This document shows positions 7,995-15,330 of a DNA stretch of 20,000 bases, one piece after another. The notes beneath the pieces were generated by a model, which saw nothing but the letters and a program-made list of their open reading frames with translations, was not told the origin of the DNA and searched no databases. The translations under genes and the position numbers were made by a program. The stretch is from Nitrospirae bacterium MYbin3 (GTDB lineage Bacteria; Nitrospirota; Thermodesulfovibrionia; Thermodesulfovibrionales; Dissulfurispiraceae): NCBI GenBank assembly GCA_002753335.1, contig PEAD01000004.1, forward strand, positions 114,746 to 134,745, given 5' to 3'. How positions within the stretch are numbered: position 1 is the first letter of the stretch; the number at the start of each line of letters is the position of its first letter.

Positions 7995-8495
7995 ATGAGT
8001 AAACGTTTAATCGCTTTTGTTGTGGTTGTTTTCTTCATCGCAAGCGGCAGTATAGTTTTGGCTCAACAGTACTCTGCCAATGCTATGAAAAAAATCGAAG
8101 AGCTTAAGATTATGAGCAGAGATAAAAAAGATATGCCCGAGAGCATGCCTGGAGTCAAAAAGATCACTGCTGAAGAGCTAAAGAAATGGCTAGAAACAAA
8201 CAAGAAGTTTGTGTTTCTCGACAACAGAGTGCCTGCTGATTTTGAAAAGGAACGGATTGCTAAGGCTGTTCGGCTTTCTCCGGATGACCTGCTTGAAAAA
8301 GGGCCTAAAGCAGCAGAACAACTCGGGCTTAAAAAAGACGATACGATTGTCTTTTACTGAAACGGCATTAAATGCTGGAGGTCTTCCGGCGCAATAATTC
8401 TGCTTCAGGATCTTGGGTATAAAAACATTTACTGGTATCGCGAAGGTATTCCGGATTGGATAAAGAAAGGCTATCCGACTACCGAGGGCAAATAA
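7995..8495 (+). CDS. Exported single-domain rhodanese/sulfurtransferase, predicted selenoprotein (Sec at TGA 8358-8360; 166 aa with readthrough)
   Basis: SD GGAGGTGA and signal peptide MSKRLIAFVVVVFFIASGSIVLA. Rhodanese N-half (ITAEELKKWL..FLDNR..DFEKERIAKA). After TGA the same frame continues NGIKCWRSSGAIILLQDLGYKNIYWYREGIPDWIKKGYP to TAA 8493-8495, completing the fold. The TGA sits at the catalytic Cys position (IVFY-U-NG). Confidence 0.88.
8373..8391 (+). promoter_or_regulatory. Putative bacterial SECIS element
   Basis: Stem GCUGGA (8374-8379) / UCCGGC (8385-8390), with one U-G wobble, and apical loop GGUCU (8380-8384) starting 20 nt after the UGA. Confidence 0.75.
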
Positions 8496-8511
8496 GCAGC
8501 AATCGGAATCG

Positions 8512-8562
8512 CATAAGAGGGGTATGTCTTACACACATACCCCTCTTATGTATCTATTTTTT
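8512..8562 (+). terminator. Intrinsic terminator after the rhodanese gene
   Basis: 16-bp perfect stem CATAAGAGGGGTATGT (8512-8527) / ACATACCCCTCTTATG (8535-8550), 7-nt loop, then TATCTATTTTTT. Confidence 0.8.
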
Positions 8563-8622
8563 ATTTGCGAGGGAGACGATGTTTTTGATTGAGAATTATA
8601 TAATGATAAGACAGGAACAGGC

Positions 8623-9366
8623 ATGGATTTAGGAATACTCGGCACTATAACTCTTGACTGGAATTTTGCATCGGCATTATTCAGCATAATTATTATAGAC
8701 CTGATTCTTGCAGGCGATAATGCTGTTGTAATCGCTATGGCGGTGCGCTCTCTGCCCCATGAACAGCGAAAGAAAGGCATACTTTTTGGTGCCGGAGCCG
8801 CGGTGTTGTTGAGAGTTATTCTGACCTTTTTTGTTGCTCAATTGCTTCAGGTAAGCTTTATCAAGCTTGTCGGAGGCATTTTGATAACATGGATCGCGGT
8901 GAAACTTTTTATGGAAGGCGTGCCGGATGAGAGTATTGACAAAGAAGCCACAACCATCGGGCAGGCTATTAAGCTGATTGTTATCGCGGATATAACGATG
9001 GCTACAGACAACATGCTTGCTGTGGGCGGGGCTTCGCAAGGCAACCTTTTTCTTTTGTTGTTTGGACTAGGGCTCAGCATTCCGTTTGTCGTATTCACAA
9101 GCAACCTGCTTTCTATGCTTATGGATAAATATCCGGCGATAATATATATAGGCGCTGCAATTCTCGGTAAGGTGGGCGGAGAGATGATAATTACGGACCC
9201 TTTTACCGAAAGACTGCTGGCTCCGGGCAAGGCTACTATTTATATGGTTGAAGCTGTTTTTGCAGCAGGAGTTATCGTTACCGGAAAACTTTTGCTTAAG
9301 TGGAAAATTGTAAGGGCTGCGAAAAAAGAACATATCCATGATGCTGATAAGCCGGAGGAGGATTAA
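8623..9366 (+). CDS. terC: TerC-family (YjbE-like) integral membrane protein
   Basis: IIIIDLILAGDNAVVIAMA, GAGAAVLLR, IVIADITMATDNMLAVGGA and FGLGLSIP are TerC signature motifs. Confidence 0.9.
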   Translation: MDLGILGTITLDWNFASALFSIIIIDLILAGDNAVVIAMAVRSLPHEQRKKGILFGAGAAVLLRVILTFFVAQLLQVSFIKLVGGILITWIAVKLFMEGVPDESIDKEATTIGQAIKLIVIADITMATDNMLAVGGASQGNLFLLLFGLGLSIPFVVFTSNLLSMLMDKYPAIIYIGAAILGKVGGEMIITDPFTERLLAPGKATIYMVEAVFAAGVIVTGKLLLKWKIVRAAKKEHIHDADKPEED

Positions 9367-10169
9367 TGGCTATTTTAACCATATCGAGAGAGATCGGAAG
9401 CGGCGGGCGTGAAATAGGATATAAAATTGCCGACCTCATGGGATACGAGCTTATAACCAAAGAAAGGCTTCTTTCAGATATTAAAGAGTGGGGCGCTAAA
9501 TGGGAAAACTGGGGAAAGATTCTGGATGAGCACCATCCCACAGTATGGGAAAAATACGACTGGTCTTTTAAAGGTTTTTGTGCACTTATGCAAAACCAGA
9601 TGCTGCAATACGCATTAAAAGACAAAGTTGTCTTGTTGGGAAGAGGCGGCAACTTTCTGTTTAACGACATACCTTATGCTCTCAGAATACGCATAATTGC
9701 GCCTGTAAAATATCGAGCAGAAAGAATAATGAAGCGTGATTCTGTTGATATAGAGACGGCCCGATGGATTATAGAAAAAACCGACAAGGAAAGGTCGGGG
9801 TTTATCAGAGCCCTTTACGGAGAAGATTTGAATGCTCTGTCCGAATATGATATTACATTCGATACAAGCACGCGTCCGCTTGAAGGGATAATAGCTTCGG
9901 TTAAAGCTGCGCTAGCAGACAAAGAAAGGTTTAATACACCTAATAACTGTGAAAAACTGCGCCTGCACGCACTCGCTGCAAAGATAAAGGCGGTGATACT
10001 TACGGATCCGACATTCTTTATTCCCACGCTTGATATTGACGATGACGGAGAAGGCTTGATTCTTAAGGGCGTGATACACAATCCGAAAGAACACAAGCGC
10101 ATCGAAGATACTGTGCAAAAACTGGCCGGAGATACAAAGGTTAGGTGCAAACTCCATTACAGGAGTTAA
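9366..10169 (+). CDS. Cytidylate-kinase-like family protein with C-terminal BON-like domain
   Basis: ILTISREIGSGGREIG, VLLGRGG, LRIRIIAP, DKERSGF and YDITFDT match the Cytidylate_kin2-type family. The C-terminal ~70 aa (LAAKIKAVIL...LILKGVI...LAGDTKVRCKL) resembles BON. Start overlaps the terC stop (TAATG). Confidence 0.75.
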   Translation: MAILTISREIGSGGREIGYKIADLMGYELITKERLLSDIKEWGAKWENWGKILDEHHPTVWEKYDWSFKGFCALMQNQMLQYALKDKVVLLGRGGNFLFNDIPYALRIRIIAPVKYRAERIMKRDSVDIETARWIIEKTDKERSGFIRALYGEDLNALSEYDITFDTSTRPLEGIIASVKAALADKERFNTPNNCEKLRLHALAAKIKAVILTDPTFFIPTLDIDDDGEGLILKGVIHNPKEHKRIEDTVQKLAGDTKVRCKLHYRS

Positions 10170-10173
10170 GTTT

Positions 10174-10689
10174 TTATCCGTTTTTTTCGATTGCGCGCAG
10201 TATCCCATTCAATATGGCTGCAGGATTGGGCGGACAGCCTGAAATGAAAACATCAACAGGAATTACCCTATCTACTCCCCCGAGGGAAGCATAGCTTTCT
10301 CCAAAGATGCCGCCGTTGCAGCCGCAATCGCCAACAGCCACCACAAGCTTGGGGGCTGGGGTTGCATTGTAAGTCCTCTTTAACGCTACCTCCATATTTC
10401 TTGATACCGGGCCGGTTACAAGAAGCATATCAGCAAAGCGGGGCGATGCGGTGAATTGAACGCCGAAGCGCTCGCAATCATATATAGGGTTGTTTATCGC
10501 ATGTATTTCAAGTTCACAGCCATTGCAGGAGCCTGCATCCACTTCCCTAATGGTAAGGCTCCCGCGAAAATATTTCTTTACAGCTTCTTCCAGTTTTGCG
10601 CCGACAACTGTTATTTCATCTTTAACCACCTTAGGCAGCGGCTCAGTAACAATGCCGGTTCTGAATATCTGATGCAATATTCTCATCAT
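10174..10689 (-). CDS. hyfI: Ehr/hydrogenase-4-like small Fe-S subunit (NuoB/HycG/HyfI family)
   Basis: DAGSCNGCELE, ASPRFADMLLVTG, AVGDCG and GCPP supply four Cys ligands for one [4Fe-4S] cluster. Confidence 0.9.
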   Translation of the reverse strand: MMRILHQIFRTGIVTEPLPKVVKDEITVVGAKLEEAVKKYFRGSLTIREVDAGSCNGCELEIHAINNPIYDCERFGVQFTASPRFADMLLVTGPVSRNMEVALKRTYNATPAPKLVVAVGDCGCNGGIFGESYASLGGVDRVIPVDVFISGCPPNPAAILNGILRAIEKNG

Positions 10690-12251
10690 AGGTCATGCCC
10701 CGAATACGATTGATTGAAACTTTTGTTGCACAACGGGAAGTCGGGGACAATGTTTCCGGGAATCGCCTGTTCGAGTCCCAACCAATTAAGGCTGGAGGGG
10801 TCTCGAACCATGCAGCGGTTTATTTCGCCTTTAATGCCGGCCTGAACCCAATAGATAATTTCGCCTCGCCAACCTTCAACTGCAGCAAACCCGGAGGTGT
10901 CGGAAGCTGGGCGGCCAATAGCAATAGAAATTTCTCCTTCAGGGATATTTTCAAGGATAAAGCGGATAATACGAATCGACTCTCTTATCTCTTCCACCCT
11001 AACCCATGCACGCGCATGCACGTCTCCTGAAATAAGCACAGGCACTTTTATCTCAAAACGGTCATACGGAGGGAATGGATTCTGGAGCCTGCAGTCAAGG
11101 TTTAATCCGCTTGCACGGGCGACTATGCCCACAGCACATAGACTCCTCGCTTTTTCAGGACTAAGCTCACCCGCATCCCTTACCCTATCTTCTAGCGATG
11201 CGCTTTCATCATAAATAGTTGCGAGTTTTTCAAATTCGGCGGATAGAATATCAAGCTCTGCTTTTATTTCTTCTTTGCCTTTTTCGTCTATATCAACAGT
11301 TACTCCGCCAGGAAGCACTCTGTCCATAATGAACCTATGTCCAAAAAGCTTTAGGTTTGTGCGAACGAGCATCTCCTTAAGTCTTGTTGTCTGATAGAGC
11401 ATGAATGCAAAGGCCACATCGTTGCAGATTGCGCCTATGTCGCCAAGATGGTTTGCTATGCGCTCTCTTTCAAGGAACAAAGCTCTTAGCCAGTGCGCGC
11501 GCTCAGTAATGACAGCTTGGGTTACAGATTCGACCGCCAGAGAATACGCTATGCTGTGGGCTACGGTGGTATCTCCCGAAACCCGCCCTGCAAGCTTTGC
11601 GCCTTCTTGCCACGAGAGGGATTCAAAGCGCTTTTCTATTCCTTTGTGCACATATCCAAGGCGTTCTTCAAGATTTATTATCATTTCTCCAACAGCCTGA
11701 AAACGGAAATGTCCGGGCTCGATTATTCCTGCATGGACAGGCCCTACCGGTATCTCGTAAACCCCCTCGCCTTCAGCCTTTATCCATTTATACTTTCCAT
11801 TTACATGCGGCAAAGGTTTAGAGGAGGCAAAACTTTTTCTCAAAGGCCATGAGTCTTCGGGCCAATCTTCAAATTTTATCCACGGCCTCAAGTCTGGGTG
11901 TCCTTCAGGAACGAGCCCCATTAAACTATGTATCTGTCGTTCAAAGCGATAAGCGGGTACGAATTTTTTTGTGAGACTCGGAAAGGTCGGATCGTCAATC
12001 GGAATCTCGGTCCTTACAATCAGGTATTCGTTCGCAAAGCGATAGCAGGCATACACCGCAAACCCTCCTCCGAACGGTGTTTCGTCAACAGCCCATTCTG
12101 CGGCAAGCAGTGCATAAGCTTTTTTCATAATTTTTGCCGCGTCAGCAAATCTGTTTCTCGGCACGGTGCAAGAAACCACCGAAGCCGGAAACTGCCGTTT
12201 GTTGTAAGTCGCCGACGTGCCTAAAACATTGTCTATAGCCTCTTTGAGCAT
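10686..12251 (-). CDS. hyfG: Ehr/hydrogenase-4-like large subunit (NuoC+NuoD/HycE/HyfG family) lacking Ni-binding Cys motifs
   Basis: FERQIHSLMG..GHPD, PVGPVHAGIIEPGHFRF, LGYVHKGIEK, ERERIANHLGD, VEGWRGE and RDPS. The L1 motif reads RVSGDTTVAH and the C-terminus reads DFPLCNKSFNQSYSGHDL. Confidence 0.9.
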   Translation of the reverse strand: MLKEAIDNVLGTSATYNKRQFPASVVSCTVPRNRFADAAKIMKKAYALLAAEWAVDETPFGGGFAVYACYRFANEYLIVRTEIPIDDPTFPSLTKKFVPAYRFERQIHSLMGLVPEGHPDLRPWIKFEDWPEDSWPLRKSFASSKPLPHVNGKYKWIKAEGEGVYEIPVGPVHAGIIEPGHFRFQAVGEMIINLEERLGYVHKGIEKRFESLSWQEGAKLAGRVSGDTTVAHSIAYSLAVESVTQAVITERAHWLRALFLERERIANHLGDIGAICNDVAFAFMLYQTTRLKEMLVRTNLKLFGHRFIMDRVLPGGVTVDIDEKGKEEIKAELDILSAEFEKLATIYDESASLEDRVRDAGELSPEKARSLCAVGIVARASGLNLDCRLQNPFPPYDRFEIKVPVLISGDVHARAWVRVEEIRESIRIIRFILENIPEGEISIAIGRPASDTSGFAAVEGWRGEIIYWVQAGIKGEINRCMVRDPSSLNWLGLEQAIPGNIVPDFPLCNKSFNQSYSGHDL

Positions 12252-12253
12252 CT

Positions 12254-13714
12254 CTATTTAATCAACTCCGCTGCGGTGATAAACCACTTGCTTAAAAAAT
12301 CGGGCAGATAAATCCCGATTGCGAGCACTATCGCCATATGAAGCATAACCGGAACATGAGCCGCTTTAAGCGGTTTCTGGTAGTCAGGAATCTCTCCCGA
12401 AACCATCGCCTGCACCTTTCTGAATATGGCCGCAAACGCCACTCCAAGCCCCAAGAGAAGAAAGGGTGTCATAAGGGGAGCGCTTTTCATTGTTGCTGTA
12501 AGAATAAGAAACTCGCTGGTAAAGACTCCGAAAGGAGGCATTCCGACAATAGCCATAGCGCCGAACATAAGCCCCCAGCCCACAAGGGGATTGCCTTTGA
12601 AAAGGCCTTTTATCCTGTCCATTTCCTGAGTGCGGTGCATTTGAGAGGCATGACCTACAGTAAAAAATATTGCAGACTTTGCAAGGCTGTGAACAAGCAT
12701 ATGCAGAAGGGCCCCGAAAGTTGCGACCGGCCCGCCGAGCCCGAAGGCGAAGGTTGCGATGCCCATATGCTCTATTGAAGAATATGAAAACATTCGTTTT
12801 ATGTCTTTCTGCCTAAGCAATGAAAAGGCTGCTACTAATATTGAAATTATTCCGAAGCCCATCATTATATTGCCTGCATGATGTGAATGTGTTGCGCCGT
12901 CAACAAGGACTTTGCATCTTACAAGGGCATAAAGCGCGATATTGAGCAGCAGGCCCGAAAGCACCGCCGATATTGGAGTAGGGCCTTCGCTGTGAGCGTC
13001 CGGCAGCCAGTTGTGGAGAGGCACAAGCCCCACCTTTGTACCGTAGCCCACCATCAAAAAGACAAATGCAAGCGAAAGTATTGTGGGTTCAAGTTTGTCG
13101 CTTACAAGGCTCAGATTTGTCCAGAGAAGGGCTTGCCCGCCTTCTCCTAAAACTCTTTCTGCCGCAAAATAAAGAAGCACCGTTCCAAAAAGCGCTTGCG
13201 CTATCCCGACGCCGCAGAGTATAAAATATTTCCAAGCAGCCTCGATTGCTGTGGGAGTTCTGTAAAGTGACACAAGAAGCACTGTGGATAAAGTTGCAAG
13301 CTCCATCGCAATCCATAATACGCCTATATTATTGGTCAGCAGGCAAAGAAGCATCGCAAAGATGAATAGCTGGAACATAGCGTGGTAGAAGCGCATGCCC
13401 CAATGTCCGACCCTTCCGTGCTCCCGCTCTCTCCGCATGTAAGGGCGGCTGAAGATCGCGGTGGTCATAGAAACAAAGGATGTTAGAACCGCGAGATAGA
13501 CGTTGAATGCATCAACAAAAAAGAAGTTTTCACCGGCCAACATAGAACCCTGCTCATATACCTCTAAGGCAAGACCGATGCCTGCCACAAAGGTTGCGGC
13601 AGAGCCGGTGATGTTGACTTCGGGCGCGAACCGCCTGTCTCCCACAAAGGCGAGGACAGCCGCAGCAAAAAGAGGCGTCCCTAGCAGGATAAGCAGTACA
13701 GCGCTGTTTTGCAT
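12254..13714 (-). CDS. hyfF: HyfF-like antiporter-type membrane subunit
   Basis: WIAMELATL, EAAWKYFILC, GYGTKVGLVPLHNWLPDAHSEGPTPISAVLSG and KRMFSYSSIEHMG. Confidence 0.9.
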   Translation of the reverse strand: MQNSAVLLILLGTPLFAAAVLAFVGDRRFAPEVNITGSAATFVAGIGLALEVYEQGSMLAGENFFFVDAFNVYLAVLTSFVSMTTAIFSRPYMRREREHGRVGHWGMRFYHAMFQLFIFAMLLCLLTNNIGVLWIAMELATLSTVLLVSLYRTPTAIEAAWKYFILCGVGIAQALFGTVLLYFAAERVLGEGGQALLWTNLSLVSDKLEPTILSLAFVFLMVGYGTKVGLVPLHNWLPDAHSEGPTPISAVLSGLLLNIALYALVRCKVLVDGATHSHHAGNIMMGFGIISILVAAFSLLRQKDIKRMFSYSSIEHMGIATFAFGLGGPVATFGALLHMLVHSLAKSAIFFTVGHASQMHRTQEMDRIKGLFKGNPLVGWGLMFGAMAIVGMPPFGVFTSEFLILTATMKSAPLMTPFLLLGLGVAFAAIFRKVQAMVSGEIPDYQKPLKAAHVPVMLHMAIVLAIGIYLPDFLSKWFITAAELIK

Positions 13715-13718
13715 TAGC

Positions 13719-14378
13719 TCAACTCTCCTCTTTCAGACGCGCCATTTGGTCTACATCGAGGCTGTCAAAGGTTGTGTGTATCTGAAAGAAAAACATGCCG
13801 AATATAAACGCGGCTATAAGCACATCAAGCGCAACACCTAGCTCAACAACGAGAGGCATGCCATATGTTGTACTTGTGGCAGCGAAGAAAAGGCCGTTTT
13901 CCATCGCAAGAAATCCTATTATTTGTGTAACAGCATGTCTGCGCGTAATCATCATCAAAAGGCCTATCATGACGGTAGCAAGAGCTATCGCAAGGGTCGA
14001 GCGTGTTATAAAAGTGGAGAGTTCTCTCACAGGAGCGGTAAGGTGATAAGAGAATATTACGAGGACGATGCCTATGAGCATTGTTGTAGGTATGTTGACA
14101 ACTGTTTCTACATCTTTGCGATGTTTTAAACGAGCAATAAGGACATGAAGTATATAGGGCAAAAGAATAACTTTTAGAGACAGGGTAAGTATTGACGATA
14201 TGTAAAGGTGGTGTCTGCCGGCCACATAACCAACAATTGCTGTGTTTATCGAAAGGAAAAGCCCCTGCCATGTAAAAAGGTGAATAAGGCTGCTTATCCT
14301 TTTTTGTGAGAGCATGCCAAAAGCTGTAAGAAGCACCAAGGCGGCAAGAAAGCTGTTTATCTGTGTTATGGTTTCCAT
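13719..14378 (-). CDS. hyfE: HyfE-like membrane subunit
   Basis: Hydrophobic 219-aa protein with QIIGFLAMENG and MPLVVELGVALD, located between hyfC and hyfF. Confidence 0.88.
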   Translation of the reverse strand: METITQINSFLAALVLLTAFGMLSQKRISSLIHLFTWQGLFLSINTAIVGYVAGRHHLYISSILTLSLKVILLPYILHVLIARLKHRKDVETVVNIPTTMLIGIVLVIFSYHLTAPVRELSTFITRSTLAIALATVMIGLLMMITRRHAVTQIIGFLAMENGLFFAATSTTYGMPLVVELGVALDVLIAAFIFGMFFFQIHTTFDSLDVDQMARLKEES

Positions 14379-14388
14379 ATTTATAAAA

Positions 14389-15330
14389 TCACTCCAGCAT
14401 AAAAAACGACAACATCCCCAACGTGGCCATTAAAAAAGCCGCCCCAAGAAATTCGGTAAGCCTGAACAGCCGCATCTTGGCAAAACCGGTCTCTATTAAA
14501 ACTATTACAATGCCCGAGAATCCGAGCTTGAGCAGTAAATAAATAAATGCGAGCGAAATACCTGCCGGGGTTGCATAAACAGCAATCCCCATCGGCGCAA
14601 ACAGGGCAACTCCCAATGAAATATAAAGAAATAATTTCATCATTCCGGCCCACTCTATAAGCGCCAAATGTCTTCCTGAGTATTCGAGAATCATCGCTTC
14701 ATGAACCATTGTAAGCTCGAGGTGCGTGGCTGGATTATCGACCGGCACCCTTCCTGTTTCGGCCAAGGTGATAAGGACAAAAGCGATGAAGGCAAAAACC
14801 AAAGAAGGCTTGATTACGCTTGCGGGGCTGTAAATGGTCTCGACGATTCTCGCAAGGGAGGTTGACCCGCAGGATAGTGATACCGTAAATATCGCCATGA
14901 GCATGGCAGGTTCGGCAATGGATGCGATCATCATCTCACGGCTTGAACCCATTCCGCCGAAGGCCGTGCCTATATCCATTCCCGCCAGAGCCGTGAAAAA
15001 ACGTGCGGTGGCGAATAATGCCACCAAAACTATTACATCCGCGGTAAGAGACAGCGGCAGGTCTGTGGACAAGATAGGAATAATAGCGCTGACCATCGCT
15101 CCTGTGCCGAACACCAAATATGGCATGAAACGGAATATCCAAGAGGCGTTTTCTGCCAAAATAATATCTTTCGAAAACAACTTCAGCAGATTTCTGTAGG
15201 GCTGCAATATGCTCGGAGACGAGCGCCCCTGAGACCAGCATTTCAGCATCTTGACCCATCCAGCAAAAATAGGGGCAAGCCCGATTACGAGCGTAATCTG
15301 TAATAGTTCTATAATAAATCCTGCCACCAT
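14389..15330 (-). CDS. hyfC: HyfC/HycD (NuoH-like) membrane subunit
   Basis: QGRSSPSILQPYRNLLKLFSK, GMDIGTAFGGMGSSRE and AETGRVPVDNPATHLELTMVHEAMILEYSG. The true start is probably ATG 15330, overlapping the hyfB stop (TGATG), rather than 15432. Confidence 0.88.
   Translation of the reverse strand: MVAGFIIELLQITLVIGLAPIFAGWVKMLKCWSQGRSSPSILQPYRNLLKLFSKDIILAENASWIFRFMPYLVFGTGAMVSAIIPILSTDLPLSLTADVIVLVALFATARFFTALAGMDIGTAFGGMGSSREMMIASIAEPAMLMAIFTVSLSCGSTSLARIVETIYSPASVIKPSLVFAFIAFVLITLAETGRVPVDNPATHLELTMVHEAMILEYSGRHLALIEWAGMMKLFLYISLGVALFAPMGIAVYATPAGISLAFIYLLLKLGFSGIVIVLIETGFAKMRLFRLTEFLGAAFLMATLGMLSFFMLE

Noticed and set aside
8358..8360. Genome-wide UGA reassignment (genetic code 4 or 25)
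   Set aside because: hyfB, hyfC and hyfG end in TGA at their expected C-termini (two overlapping the next start), and Trp is encoded by TGG in the genes inspected.
8209..8397. Alternative-frame ORF suggesting a frameshift in the rhodanese
   Set aside because: Rhodanese similarity continues in the original frame past the TGA, so no frameshift is needed.
8496..8622. yybP-ykoY (Mn2+) riboswitch upstream of terC
   Set aside because: The space is taken by a simple 16-bp hairpin and about 70 nt of AT-rich sequence, with no recognisable multi-stem aptamer.
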